In this document: positions 1-11,679 of the stretch, one piece after another
Numbering within the stretch: the stretch's first letter is position 1
How the letters are laid out: each line of letters starts with the position of its first letter
Assembly (NCBI GenBank): GCA_963806085.1
Contig: CAWDWR010000003.1
Span: 778,590 to 842,589, forward strand
Length of the DNA: 64,000 bases
Source of the DNA: an uncultured Acidobacteriota bacterium
GTDB lineage: Bacteria > Acidobacteriota > Vicinamibacteria > Vicinamibacterales > JAKQTR01
Direction of reading: 5' to 3'
Made by a program: the position numbers and the translations under genes
The notes under the pieces: model-generated
Seen by the model: only the letters and a program-made list of their open reading frames with translations
Databases searched by the model: none
Told to the model about the DNA's origin: nothing

Positions 1-989
1 CACAGCCCCGAGCCGCTCGAGCAATTCCCACGCGGGACGTTCGCTGATGACCAGGTACTCGTCCTCAGGGAAGTGGTGGCGCTGGTACGCGGAGTTGACG
101 ACGCTCACCGCCAGCCTGCTGCAGATGAGCGGGAACAGCGCTTCGATCTCGGATTCTCCCAGCGCGAACACGGAGGAGTAGCCCTCGACAACGCGCACGG
201 CCGCGGCGAGAGGATCCGGCTTGTTCAGCATCGCGTACGCGCAGGCGACCGCCGCCTCGTTGGCGATCCACGTGCGCAGCATGTCGCCGAAGTCCACGAC
301 CGACGTCACGCGCCGCGCATACGGGTCGTCGCCGAGGACGAGCACGTTGTGGTCGTTGGCGTCGTTGTAGATCACGCCGGAGCGGAGCCCGGGCGCGAGG
401 CGCGTCAATTCGCCCTCCGCCCAGGTGAACAGGCGTTCGACCAGCTGGCGCCTGGCGCCGTCGGCCGACGAACCCGAGGTACTCGCGGATCCAGCCGGCG
501 CGGCGGGGATCCCACTTGAGGTCGCGGTCTGCCGCAGGATGGTCGAAGTCCGCCAGCGCCACGTCCATCGTACCCAGGAGCGATCCCAGGCTCCGGAGAA
601 GTTCCGGCGTATGCGGGCGGACGCCCGCCAGCACCGTGCCCGGCACCCACGTCAGCAGCCGCACCAGATGCGGCCGTGCCCTGCGCGTCGGTGATCGACG
701 TCATGGCGGCGCCGTCGATCGCGTGCTGCACGCGAGGAAGGTCCAGTTCCGGCGCCCTGGCGGCCAGGTGCGCGAGCGCCGCGTTCTGGAGATCGATGAC
801 CCGCGGGTCTTCCTCCGCGTTCGAGATCTTCAGGACGTAGCGCCGGTTGCGGGCATCCTGCAGCACGACGTTCTGGTCGCGCTCGCTCGGCAGCGCCCGG
901 CCGCCCCGGTCGACTCCGTAGTATCGGCGGCCGAGGGCCTGGAGCTCGTCGAGCGAGAACGCCGGCCGGACGAATTTGACGGTTGGCAT
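1..989 (-). pseudogene. APH-family phosphotransferase (homoserine kinase type II / hydroxylysine kinase-like); 3' end runs off the window; frame broken twice
   Basis: N-terminus in ORF 405..989 (MPTVKFVRPAFSLDELQ...VLKISNAEED). It continues in the ORF 65..664 frame (LLTWVPGTVLAGVRPHTPELL...DFDHPAADRDLKWD). A third frame follows (rc of ~1..400: VIYNDANDHNVLV...VVDFGDM, kinase catalytic motifs). Confidence 0.6.
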
Positions 990-1105
990 GACGCGCGGCT
1001 CGAGTACGTGCGCTCAGGATACCGCAAAGCCCGCTGCATGACGCCAGGCGCCTGCGCGGCCGCGCCGTTCGCGGTGTCTAACGCTCCAGACGCCGGGGAC
1101 GATCC

Positions 1106-1876
1106 ATGCTCGAAGCCTGCAGCCTCGTGAAGCGGTTCGGTGGCACGGTGGCCGTCGACGACGTGAGTTTCTCGGTCGGGCCCTCACACGTGCTGGGCTA
1201 TCTCGGGCCCAACGGTTCGGGCAAGACGACGACGGTGAACATGCTGGTTGGGCTGCTCCAGCCCACGCGCGGGCATGTGCGCTTCGACGGGCGCGACATC
1301 TGGGACGACATCGTCGGTTACCGTCGCAGGGTGGGCTACGTGCCGGAGGAGCCGAATCTCTACCCCTACCTCACGGGCCGGGAGTACCTCGAACTAGTCG
1401 GACGCCTGCGCAGCATCCCGGACCGCCGGCTCGGCCCCAGGATCAGCCGCCTGCTCACGCTGTTCTCACTCGAGCCGGACAGCCATTCACCGCTGTCCTC
1501 CTATTCGAAGGGCATGCGCCAGAAGGTCCTTATCAGCGCCGCGCTGCTCCACGATCCCGACCTGCTGGTGTTCGACGAACCGATGTCGGGGCTGGACGCC
1601 GCCTCGGCGGTGATGTTCCGGCACCTGATCAAGGCGCTCGCGCGCGCCGGCAAGACGGTGCTCTACAGTTCCCACGAACTGGAGGCCGTCGAGCGCGTCG
1701 CCGACCGCGTGGTCGTGCTGCACCAGGGGCGCATGGCCGCCCACGATTCGGTGGAGCGGCTGCGCGAACTGATGAAGCTCGATTCCCTCGAAGAGATCTT
1801 CACGGAACTGGTGTTCACCGAGGATCCCGAGGCCGTGGCGAACCGCATCGTCGACGCCGTCGTCTCGCGGGGCTGA
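1106..1876 (+). CDS. ABC transporter ATP-binding protein
   Basis: Intact 256-aa ORF with Walker A GPNGSGKTT, signature SYSKGMRQK and Walker B LLVFDEP. It ends 4 nt before the downstream membrane gene. Confidence 0.9.
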   Translation: MLEACSLVKRFGGTVAVDDVSFSVGPSHVLGYLGPNGSGKTTTVNMLVGLLQPTRGHVRFDGRDIWDDIVGYRRRVGYVPEEPNLYPYLTGREYLELVGRLRSIPDRRLGPRISRLLTLFSLEPDSHSPLSSYSKGMRQKVLISAALLHDPDLLVFDEPMSGLDAASAVMFRHLIKALARAGKTVLYSSHELEAVERVADRVVVLHQGRMAAHDSVERLRELMKLDSLEEIFTELVFTEDPEAVANRIVDAVVSRG

Positions 1877-1879
1877 GCG

Positions 1880-3591
1880 ATGACGAGCGGGCCGCGTCCG
1901 TTCAACGTGCTCTTCCGCCATTTCCTTGGCGGGTTCCTCGACAACGACCTGATCGCGCCCGCCGGCGACCTGCACGGGCCCCTGTCGAAGGCCGTCGCGA
2001 TCCTGGGGCTCATCGGCCTCTTGTACCCGTTCAAGCTGCTCGGCACCTACGGCCGGCCCTTCTGGGACTACGCGGCGCTCGACGCGGTGTCGTGGAACGA
2101 CAAGAGCACCTTCGTGCTGATCTCGCTCGTCGTGACCGGGCTGCTGACCGTGCTCGAATGGGAGGCGCTCCGGATGGATCGCCGGGACTGCCGCACGCTC
2201 GGCCCGTTGCCGCTTCGCGCCGGCACGATTCTCGGGGCGAAGCTCGCCGCGCTCGGGACGTTCCTGCTGGTGCTGTCGGTGCCGCTGACGCTGCTCGGGG
2301 GACTGACGTTTCCCATCATCATGCACGCCGGCTGGCGGTCGGCCGTGCGGCTGGCGGCGGCGACGATGGCCGGGCACGTCGTGGCGACGCTGGCGGCGGC
2401 GTGGTTCGCGTTCTTCACGCTGCTCGCCGTGCAGAGCCTGTTGCAGTGCATGCCCGGCCGGCGCGCTCGCCCGCCGGCTCGCCGACGCCGTCCAGCTCGG
2501 CGCCACCCTTGGCCTCGTCGTGGCGCTGCTGATGCTGCCGTTCATCGCCTCGAGCACCGCGGCGCTGAAACAGGCGTCGGCCGGCACCGGGGGCTTCGCG
2601 CCGCAGATGTGGTTCGTGGGGATGTACCAGGCGATCGCGGGCCAGGGCGATGCCGAGTGGGCCCGGCTCGCGGCGCGCGGGTGGCTGGCGCTGCTGGTGT
2701 CGGCGCTCGCGGGTGCCGGCGCCAGCCTGCTGGCCTATCGACGGGCGCTCGGAAGCACGCTCGAGAGCGCCGAGACGACAGGAGGCGGGAGGTCGCCCAT
2801 CGTCCGCCTCACCGGCCCCGTGTCGCGCCTGATCGCGAGAGGCTCCGTGGAGCGCGGCTTCTTCTCGTTCTCCGTGCTGACCATCCTGCGCAGTCCCTGG
2901 CATCGGCTCGTGATGGTGGTATGCCTCGGCGTGGCGCTCGCGCTCGCGATGGTGACGCTCGATGCCGCCACGATGGCGCGCGATGGCGTGGGACGAGTGC
3001 CGATGCGGGTGTCGCATGCCCTGGCGATGCAGTGGGTCGTGCTCGCCATCGTGCTGGCCGGTATCCGGGTGGCGGCAGCCGTGCCGGCCGAGCTGCGCGC
3101 GAGCTGGGTGCTGCGCATGCTCGAGACCGACCAGCCACGGCGCTGGATGGCCGGATTCCGCAGCGCGGTTTTCGCCGGCGTCGTCGCGCCGGTCGTGGCG
3201 CTGATGGCCGTCGCCATGGCCTGGCAGTACGGCTGGCACACGATCTGGACGCTGTCGCTGGCCGCGTGCCTCTTCGCCGGCGCCGCGCTTCGAGGCGCTG
3301 TTCCTCGGGTTCGGGCGCGTGCCCTTCGCGTGCCCGGCCGAGCAGGAGATGGGAGACGCCAGGATTCGCGGGCCCCTGATGGTCGCCCTCTTCACGATCC
3401 TCGTCGTCCCGGCGGCCGAGCTGGTCACGCTGGCGCTGCGGACGAGTGTTGGAACGGCTGTCCTGCTGGCGTCGGGCCTGGCCGCCATCGCGCTGCTGCG
3501 GTGGCGCGGGCGTGTCGCGATGGCGGGCGCCGGCCGGCTGTCGTTCGACCCCGAGTACCGGGGCACACAGGCGCTGGACATCCAGCCGTAA
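1880..3591 (+). pseudogene. polytopic membrane protein, probable permease partner of the upstream ABC ATPase; frame broken twice
   Basis: Hydrophobic helices read on through ORF 1880..3379 (to ~2460), ORF 2520..3785 (to ~3290) and ORF 3319..3591. Frames (start mod 3) are 2,0,1. Confidence 0.5.
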
Positions 3592-3636
3592 GCCCGCCGG
3601 CCAGGCCGCCGGCGCGTCAACCGCGCCACGGCCGGC

Positions 3637-4804
3637 TCACGCGGCTGGCGGGTCCGCCTTCGTCCGGACGATGCGATCGAGCTCGCGCATCATCGCGTCG
3701 ATCTCGTCCATCGTGTTGTAGAAGTGCGGTGACAGGCGGATGCCGACGCCGGGCCGGTAGTCCACGACGAAATCGCGGGCGTTGAGCGTCTTCGCCACGC
3801 GCGCGGCCTCGGGCACGTCGACCGCCACGGTGCCCGCGAGACGCCCGGGATCCCGCGAGGCGACCGAACGGTACCCGAGCTCGTCCACGAGACCGAGCAG
3901 CCGGCGCGTCATGGCCTGTGATGCCGCGCGGATCCGATCGACGCCGACGCTGCCCGATGATCTCGAGGCCCGGCAGCGCGGCGTAGTACGCGGGAATCGC
4001 CGGCGTGCCGTTCATCATGGCCATACCGTCGTCGCGCACGTCGGTGGCGTCGATGTCGAACGCGAAGGGATCGGCGCGCGACAGCCATCCGGTGAACCGC
4101 GGCCGCGACGTCGCCTTGACCCACGGCGCCGTGTAGAGAAACGCGTTGCCCGGACCGCCGCACAGCCACTTCAGGCAGCCGCCGACGAAGAAGTCCACGC
4201 CGAGCGCCGTCACATCGACGGGAATGATCCCGGCCGACTGGTAGCCGTCGAGGATCACCGGGACACCCATCGCGTGCGCCTTCTCGATCACGGGCGCGGG
4301 ATCCACGATGTAAGAGCTTCGGAAGAGCACGTGGGAGAGGCAGACCGCCGCGGTCCGATCGTCGATGGCGTCGGCGATGCGTTCGCCGGGGACGGAGAGA
4401 TCGTCGAGCGCTGGCACGATGTGGAGGTCGAAGCCGATGTCGCGCTGCGCCTTGTAGAGGTAGACGGCCGACGGGAAGTCCATCGCCGTGCAGACGATCG
4501 TGCGCTTCGTGCCCTCGGGCCTGATGCAGGACAGCGCCACCGCCTCGGCCGTCGTCACGTTCTCGTGCATGCTGACGGAGCCGGCCGGCGCGCCGATGAT
4601 GGCCTCGATGCGGGCCCCCAGTTCGCCCGCCAGTTCCCACCAGCGCTCCTCCCAGGCGCGCACGCCGCGCGTCGCCCAGGTGTCGGCGTACTCGGCGAGC
4701 GAACGCGCCGCCGCGCGGGGCATCGCCCCGAGCGAATTGCTGATCATGTAGACCGAGCGGGAGAGGATGGGGAACTCGTCGCGCCAGCGCGCCAGGTCGG
4801 TCAT
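3637..4804 (-). pseudogene. kynureninase-like class V PLP-dependent enzyme; one frame break
   Basis: ORF 3617..4804 (MTDLARWRDEFPILSRSVYMISNSLGAMP...GGCLKWLCGGPGNAFLY) hands to ORF 3637..3912 (MTRRLLGLVDELGY...RLSPHFYNTMDEID). The junction near 3953 fits one extra base in a G run on the coding strand. Confidence 0.6.
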
Positions 4805-4900
4805 GGTGACGGCATTCTACCCCGCTCGGCCGGGCCGCCGGGGGGCGCGGATCCGGGCCTGTTGTAGACTGGCGTCGTTGTCCCGATCGAGGTCACACAG

Positions 4901-5544
4901 ATGTTCACGCGCGTCGCCCCGATATGCCTTGCGGTGCTGGTCGTCGCCGGGCCCGCCGCCGCCCAGCAGAAGCCGTACAGCGTGACGCTCGGCGGCGCCC
5001 TCGTCGGCCCGCTGTCCGACAGCGCCGACCGTTTCGCCACCGGGCTCGGGTTCACGGCAGGCGCGACCTGGCACATCAACGAGCAGATCGGGCTGACCGG
5101 CGACTACGTGTGGTCGACGCTCGGCATGCAGAACGACTGGGACGGGCTCGTGGCGTCCCGGCCGGTCGACGTCACGCCGCGCATCCAGTTCGGCACGGTT
5201 GACGTCAGGTTCGAGGCGCCACCGGCGAAGGCGCGGCTCTACGTGCTTGCCGGCGTCGGCTTCTATCACCGCAGCGTCGCGATGGCGACCACCGGGCCGG
5301 GGGACGTCACGGTGTGCGACCCGTGGTGGTTCGTGTGCACGCCGGGCCCGTGCCGGTGGGAAGCGTGAACCGCACGCACTCGAGCAATGACGTCGGCATC
5401 AACGTCGGGGCCGGGATCGAAGCGGGCCGGTTCTTCGCCGAGATCAGGTACCACTACACGTGGGGACCGTCGTTCAATACCCCGGACGGCCCACAGGCCG
5501 CGACGGGGAAGTTCCTGCCGTTGACGTTCGGGTTCGTGTTCTAG
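4901..5544 (+). pseudogene. outer-membrane beta-barrel (porin/OmpW-like) protein; frame break near 5345
   Basis: Signal peptide MFTRVAPICLAVLVVAGPAAAQQ, alternating beta-strand pattern, and C-terminal ...LPLTFGFVF. ORF 4901..5368 hands to ORF 5314..5544. Confidence 0.55.
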
Positions 5545-5646
5545 ATCCAGCCGCGGTTCACCGACCCTCACGCTGCCGACGAAGGTGCGGCGCCGGCAGG
5601 AGGAGCGGGGAATCAGGCCGAAGATGCTGGCGGCGGACTTCTCTCG

Positions 5647-5675
5647 CACGGGCGACGCGGTGGGCGTCGCCCGTG
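5647..5675. terminator. hairpin between convergent genes (possible bidirectional terminator)
   Basis: Perfect 12-bp stem CACGGGCGACGC / GCGTCGCCCGTG with a 5-nt loop. No U tract. Confidence 0.4.
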
Positions 5676-5704
5676 CGCTCAACAGACAGACAGGCTGGCA
5701 GCCG

Positions 5705-6264
5705 CTACTTCTTGACGACGTCGAAGTTCAGCAGCAGCGCCTCGGTCCAGGTGAGGTCGACTTTGTCGCCGACCTTGACCTGGTCCAGCACCTTCTTGTC
5801 CTCGATGCGGGCGCTGTACGTCCACTTGTTCGGGCCGCTGAGCGTGATCGACGGCACCTTGGGATCGAGGGCGGTGATCGTCGCGGTAATCGTCCGCTGC
5901 TTGGCCGCGGTGCGGGCCGGCTTGTCGAGCCGCCTTTGGCGTGACTCCCTCACCGGAGGTGTCCACGTCCTTCTCGCCCGGCGGCTTCTTCCGGATCACG
6001 AGATTCTCGTAGTAGCGCGCCGTCAGGACGTCGCCGACCTTGATCATCGAGAAGCGCTTCACGGTCTGCGGGGACGACAATGTCCACGTAGTTGCCCTTC
6101 GGTCCCTTGATCGTCAGGGTGCGCGTGGACACGTTGATGGCCTCGACGGTGGCCGAGATGGTCTGGGTCTCTCCCGTCAGGGTCTTCGACTGGGCGACGG
6201 CGATGCCGGCGATGCCCAGCACCGCGACCGCGATCACGACAGTGGTGATGACAATACGCTTCAT
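5705..6264 (-). pseudogene. secreted hypothetical protein with two similar beta-rich halves; frame broken twice
   Basis: Signal peptide MKRIVITTVVIAVAVLGIAGIAVAQ in ORF 5950..6285. It continues in ORF 5679..6080 (VKRFSMIKVGDVLTARYYENLVIRK) and ORF 5705..5953 (...KVGDKVDLTWTEALLLNFDVVKK). Confidence 0.4.
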
Positions 6265-6338
6265 ATGTGCTCCTTGCCTCCTCACATCATCCTAGCATCC
6301 CGCAGCCGTGCGGGGTCCGCCTGGCCTCGGATCATCCC

Positions 6339-8568
6339 CTACCAATCGAACAGCCGGCCCACGGCGATGTAGGTGCTCCACCGCCCGTCGAACCCGACCG
6401 TGCCGCCGAACAGCACGGGCCCGATCAGCGTGTCGGCCATGAGGCCCACACCCGCCTGCGTGCGGAACGTCGCCTTCTTCCAGTCGTCGAACGCATCCCC
6501 GTTCTCCAGCCAGCCGCCGGCGAAGATCGAGCCGCCGAGGAAGTCGGGCAGACGGCCGAGCTGGTGCAGGTACCCGAACGTGCCGAGGTAGTAATGGTCG
6601 CCCTTCAACTCGCCCAGGTCGTAGGCGCCCAGGCGGAACGGCCGCCCGAGGTGGAACTGATTCAGCACGAGCGGCTGTTTGTCGAACGAGGTGCCGAACC
6701 CCCAGGTGGTGAAGAACCGGTTGTCCGAGCCCACGGTGTGGAAGCTCGTTCCGACGGTGCTGAACTGGGCGAGGTGGACGCTGCTCCGGGCGGTCGGGAG
6801 CGGCGGGATCGATGACGGGGCCGTCGAAGATGTACAACATGCGCGCCGTCACGGCCATGCCCCGAGACGGGATCGCGGGGCTGTCCTGCCCGTTGTACCG
6901 CCACGGCTAGCTCCGCCGCCGTCTCCTTGCCCGGACAACGACGGGAGGCCGGGATCGCCGACCTCGACGTTCGCATCCAGCCGGCCGATGTAGGCGCCGA
7001 GCCGGATGTCGCTGAACGCACCCAGGTTCACGCCGACGTTGAGGCCGGCCTTCAGGATGCTCTGGTCGTAGCGGGCCACCACCGAGTCGTCTTCGATGAC
7101 GTTGTACGTCAGCTTCGCGGCTCCGCCGTACGGCGCGAAGAAGAGCGGCGTCTTCCCGAGCGGCTGATACCACTCCATGCCGAGCGACGGGTTCGAGCCC
7201 ACCGTGCCGTCCACGCGCAGTTCGGAGCCCGGCCAGCGGCACGTCGAATGTCAGGTAGCGGGCCGAGAGCGACACCCCGAAACTGTCGCTGGTGGTGTTC
7301 TCGAGCCTGAACGCCGAGCATCAGGAACGGGGGCGCGTTGGGCTTCTGACGGCCCCGCACGAGCAGTCCCACCTCGCCGGCCTCGTTCGGCACGAGGCGC
7401 CAGCCCACCGTCTCGTACCGGTCGAGGCCCGAGAGTTCCGTGAGGTCGAGTTCGAGCGACGGGATGTCGAGCGGGCGGCCGACATGCGCGGCCAGGGTGG
7501 CGGCCATCCGGTGCTCGTCCGACTGAATCGATCGCCCTCGAACTTCACGAAGGCCGGGGACCGGGATGGTGGCCCGCCTGGCCCCGTTCCGCCGCGTCCA
7601 GCCACTTCTGGTACTCGGCTTCGCTGACGGCGTACTTCAGCAACTGGTCCTTGATCGCCTCGGCGGCCTTGTAGCCTTCCTCGATGAATTCCTTGCTGCG
7701 CCGCCAGTCGAGCGACTTGTAGCCCTTCTCCACGAGCGGCACGTTGAGCACGACGTCCGCCGCCGCCAGCCCTTTCTTGGTGCTCGCCCTCATCATCGCG
7801 CTCAGCGTGCCGCCCGCGAGCCCGAACAGCGTCTGGTTGACCTCCTTGGGATCGGAGAGATCGCCGACGTTGATGGCGATGACGACGTCGGCTCCCATCC
7901 CGCGCGCGACGTCGGCCGGCACGTTGTTCATGGCGCCGCCGTCGACGAGGATCTTCCCGTCCATCTCGACCGGCGGGAAGATCAGCGGGCAGCGACATGG
8001 TTGCGCGCATCGCCGAGGCGAGCGACCCGCGGTCGAGCACGACCTGGGTGGCCGAGATCAGATCGACGGCGACCGCGCGAAACGGCGTCGGCAGCTCGTC
8101 GAACGTCGCGATGCCGTAGTACGGCGCCGTGACGCGCGCGAGCAGCAGGTCCACCTGCTCGCCGGTGTTGAGCGAGGTCGGCGGCGAAAACCCCTTGCGG
8201 AGGCCGAACTCGAGCCGCGACGGATACGCGCGCGCGTCCGTCTTGCGGCGGATGTTCTTGAACGCGAAGTTCGACGACCCGAACAGCTCGTCCCAGTTCA
8301 TCGTCGCGAGCATCTGGTCGAGCTCCGCCGACGACATGCCCGTCGCATAGCAGCCGCCGATGAGGCCGCCCATGCTGGTGCCCGCCGCGACGTCGATCGG
8401 GATGCGGTGCTCCTCGAACCAGCGGATCACGCCCACGTGCGCGATGCCCTTGGCGCTGCCTCCGCCGAAGGCGACGCCTATCTTCTGGCGTTCCTGGGCG
8501 GATGCGGTGATCGCGGACGTGAGGATGAACAGGGCCGCAAGCGTCAGGCCGGCCGCGCGTCGTGCCAT
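6339..8568 (-). pseudogene. patatin-like phospholipase fused to an Omp85/surface-antigen beta-barrel (PlpD / type Vd-like); about seven frame breaks
   Basis: GGGSAKG and GTSMGG patatin motifs in ORF 7321..8646, and the DGG motif in ORF 7545..7964. Barrel pieces lie in ORFs 7109..7507, 6907..7275, 6849..7214, 6662..7021, 6292..6858 and 6339..6734 (ends ...YIAVGRLFDW). Confidence 0.7.
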
Positions 8569-8701
8569 CAAGAGTACCTCGCAGAGATCATGACACAGGC
8601 CCGTCCGGGCTGAAAGCTGCGAGGCACGCCGGAGGCCGCCTCCCATCTGGCCGTCGGCCGGCTCCTCAGGCTAAGATGACAAGTTCAACAGGAGTCGAAT
8701 C

Positions 8702-9444
8702 GTGAAGAGGATCCTCTTGCTCTGCGCACTCGTCTGTCTGCCGCTGCCGGCCTTGGCCCAGGCCCCGGCGGCTCCGGCCGCTCCTCCGCCGCCTCCCAGG
8801 CACGAAGGCACCGCGGAATTCGCGTTTGTCGGCACCACCGGGAATGCCTCGACGCAGACGATCGGCCTGAACGGCGAACTCATCGTCCGGCCCGAGCAGT
8901 GGGTCATCACGAACAAGGCGAGTTTCATCCGCAACGAGTCGGAATCGGAACTGACGGCCCAGTCGTTCGGCTACCTGTTCCGCGCCGCGCGCACGCTCTC
9001 GCCCCGCCTGTCGGCGTTCGGCGAGTACGCGTACTTCCGCGACACGTTCGCGGGCGTCGCCCACAGGAACTCGCTCGTCGGCGGCCTGTCCTACAAACTG
9101 GTCAACGCACCCAGGCACCTCGTCTTCGCCGATGCCGGCCTCGGGTACATGAACGAGCAGCGGCTCGAAGGCGACGACGTGTCGAGCGCCACCTGGTCGC
9201 TGGGCGCCGGCTACAAGTGGAAGATCTCGGACACGGCCGAGTTCACCGAGGACGTCCGCATGACGGGCATCTTCGCTGATGCGGCAGCGACTGGCGCGTC
9301 CTGCAGATGGCGGCCGTCACGGCCCGCCTCACGACGCTCTTCTCGCTGAAGGTCTCGAACACGATCCGCTACGCCCACGCGCCGGTGCCCGGGTTCAAGG
9401 ACACCGACACCAACACGTCGGTGGCGCTGGTCGCCAAGTTCTGA
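8702..9444 (+). pseudogene. DUF481 (YdiY-like) outer-membrane protein; frame break near 9285
   Basis: Signal peptide MKRILLLCALVCLPLPALAQA with EFAFVGTTGNASTQTIGLNGE. The tail is in another frame (DWRVLQMAAVTARLTTLFSLKVSNTIRY...TSVALVAKF, stop 9442..9444). Confidence 0.6.
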
Positions 9445-9469
9445 CACCGGCTGCGGCGGGACCGATCAC

Positions 9470-10238
9470 ATGGAAGGCTGGCGCGGCTGGGACGACTACG
9501 CGCGGTTCTACGACTGGGAGAACGCCCAGACGATGGGACGCCGCGACGTACGGTTCTGGCAGCGCCTGGCCGCCAGAACGCCCGGTCCCGTCCTCGAGCT
9601 CGGCTGCGGGACCGGCCGCGTGGCGGTTCCCGTCGCGCGGGCAGGGGCGTGCGTGGTCGGGATCGACCGATCGGCCTCGATGCTGGACCGGGCCAGGAAG
9701 CGCCTGCGCCGCGCGAAGCTCCAGGGGTCGCTTCACCTCGTGCGCGGCGACGTGCGGTTCCTGCCGTTTCCCTCGGCCAGCTTCGGCCTGGTCGCCGCAC
9801 CCTACGGCATCCTCCAGTCGCTGCTCGACGATGCGACGCTGGATGCCGCGCTGGAATCCGTGCATCGAGTGCTTCGCCCGGGTGGCACGTTCGGGATCGA
9901 CCTGGTGTCGGACCTCGTGTCGTGGGCGGAATACGACCGGCGCGTGAAGCTGCGCGGCCGCGTGGGGCGAGGGGCAGACCACGATCACCCTCATCGAGTC
10001 CGTTCGGCAGGACCGCGCCCGGGGCCTGACGCACTTCGACCAGGAGTTCGTCGAACGCCGGGGCCGCGTGTCGCGCCCGCACCGGTTCTCGCTCGCGTTC
10101 CGGACGGTGTCGGTGGAGGACATGGCCTTTCGCCTCGAGCGCTGCGGGTTCCGGGTGTCGGCCGTCCTCGGCGACTACCAGGGCGGCCCGTGGGATCCCC
10201 GCGCCGACGTCTGGCTCATCCTCGCCACCCGTGCCTGA
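9470..10238 (+). pseudogene. class I SAM-dependent methyltransferase; one frame break (~9970)
   Basis: Motif I VLELGCGTGR. The C-terminal part is in the next frame (TLIESVRQDRARGLTHFDQEF...DVWLILATRA, stop 10236..10238). Confidence 0.7.
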
Positions 10239-10390
10239 CCGGGACGAGGCCGCGCACGCCGCGCGGGATGGGCCTGGTCCGCCGGGCGCCGCGCGGGGCG
10301 ACGGACATTTGGCGGCGGCTGTACCCGCATGCTCAGGATCTTCACGCACTTTTCCGCCGGATTCTTTCCCGATATTGCTGGAGTTCCAAC

Positions 10391-11137
10391 ATGTCTGGCC
10401 ATTCCAAGTGGCACACGATCAAGCACAAGAAGGGCGCCGCCGACGCCAAGCGCGGGCGCGTCTTCACCCGCATCATCAAGGAACTGACGGTCGCCGCGCG
10501 GGCGGGCGGGGGTGACGCCGACACCAACCCGCGCCTGCGCACGATCGTCGCCGAGGCGAAGGCGGTGAACATGCCCGCCGAGAACATCAAGCGGGCCATC
10601 AGGAGGGGCACGGGTGAAGAGCCCGGGGTGCAGTACGAGGAGATCACGTACGAAGGCTATGGGCCTGGCGGGGTGGCCCTGATCATCGAGGCGATGACCG
10701 ACAACAAGAACAGGACGGTCGGCGAGATACGCCACCTGCTCACCAAGTACGGTGGCGATCTGGGCCAGTCGAACTCGGTCTCCTGGATGTTCGAGAAGAA
10801 GGGCTACATCGTCATCGAGAAGTCCAAGGCCTCCGAGGACGCGCTGTTGAGCGCGGCCCTCGATGCCGGCGCGGACGACCTGCGCGACGACGGCGACAAC
10901 TGGGAGGTGGTGAGCGCGCCCGAGTCCTTCCCCGCCGTCAAGGAGGCCGTCGAGAAGCTCGGCATCGAGACCGTGTCGGCGCAGGTGGCGATGCTGCCGA
11001 AGAACTACGTCTCCCTCGAGGGCAAGGCCGCGCAGAGCATGCTGAAACTGCTCGACCTCATCGAGGATCACGACGACGTGCAGCACGTGTGGTCGAACAT
11101 GGACGTCGACGAAAAGGAGCTCGAGGCGTTCGCGTGA
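10391..11137 (+). CDS. yebC: YebC/PmpR family DNA-binding transcriptional regulator
   Basis: MSGHSKWHTIKHKKGAADAKRGRVFTRIIKE... in frame within ORF 9470..11137. Intact. Confidence 0.92.
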   Translation: MSGHSKWHTIKHKKGAADAKRGRVFTRIIKELTVAARAGGGDADTNPRLRTIVAEAKAVNMPAENIKRAIRRGTGEEPGVQYEEITYEGYGPGGVALIIEAMTDNKNRTVGEIRHLLTKYGGDLGQSNSVSWMFEKKGYIVIEKSKASEDALLSAALDAGADDLRDDGDNWEVVSAPESFPAVKEAVEKLGIETVSAQVAMLPKNYVSLEGKAAQSMLKLLDLIEDHDDVQHVWSNMDVDEKELEAFA

Positions 11138-11679
11138 GGGTGTTCGGCGTCGATCCCGGCTCTCTGCGCACCGGGTACGGCTGCATCGACACCGACGGCA
11201 GCCGCCATCGACTCGTCGCGTGCGGCGCCATCACGACCCCCGCCGGCGCCGCGTTCCCCGAGAAGCTGCTCGCCATCCACCGGGCCCTGGTGCAGCTGCT
11301 CCGCACGCACAAGCCCGACTGCGTCGTGGTGGAGAACGTGTTCCATGCCACCAACGTCCGAAGCGCGCTGAAGCTCGGGCACGCCCGGGGCGTGGCGCTG
11401 CTCTCGGCCGTCGCGGGCGGCTACCCGGTGATCGAATACACGCCCGCCGAGATCAAGCTGGCGGTGGTCGGCTACGGCAGGGCCGAGAAGCACCAGGTCG
11501 GTGAGATGGTGCGCCTGCTGCTCGGCCTGAGCGAGGTCCCCGAGCCGCACGACGCGTCGGACGCGCTGGCGGTGGCCATCTGCCACGTGCACGCCTCTGG
11601 CGGTCCCGTGCGTGCGGCTGAAGCCGCCGCCCCGGCGCCGAGGCGCGTCGCCAAGACCTGGCGCGAGTACCGGCCATGA
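11134..11679 (+). CDS. ruvC: crossover junction endodeoxyribonuclease RuvC
   Basis: GTG start overlapping the yebC stop (GTGA). VFGVDPGSLRTGYG...VVVENVF...HDASDALAVAICH. Intact. Confidence 0.9.
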   Translation: MRVFGVDPGSLRTGYGCIDTDGSRHRLVACGAITTPAGAAFPEKLLAIHRALVQLLRTHKPDCVVVENVFHATNVRSALKLGHARGVALLSAVAGGYPVIEYTPAEIKLAVVGYGRAEKHQVGEMVRLLLGLSEVPEPHDASDALAVAICHVHASGGPVRAAEAAAPAPRRVAKTWREYRP

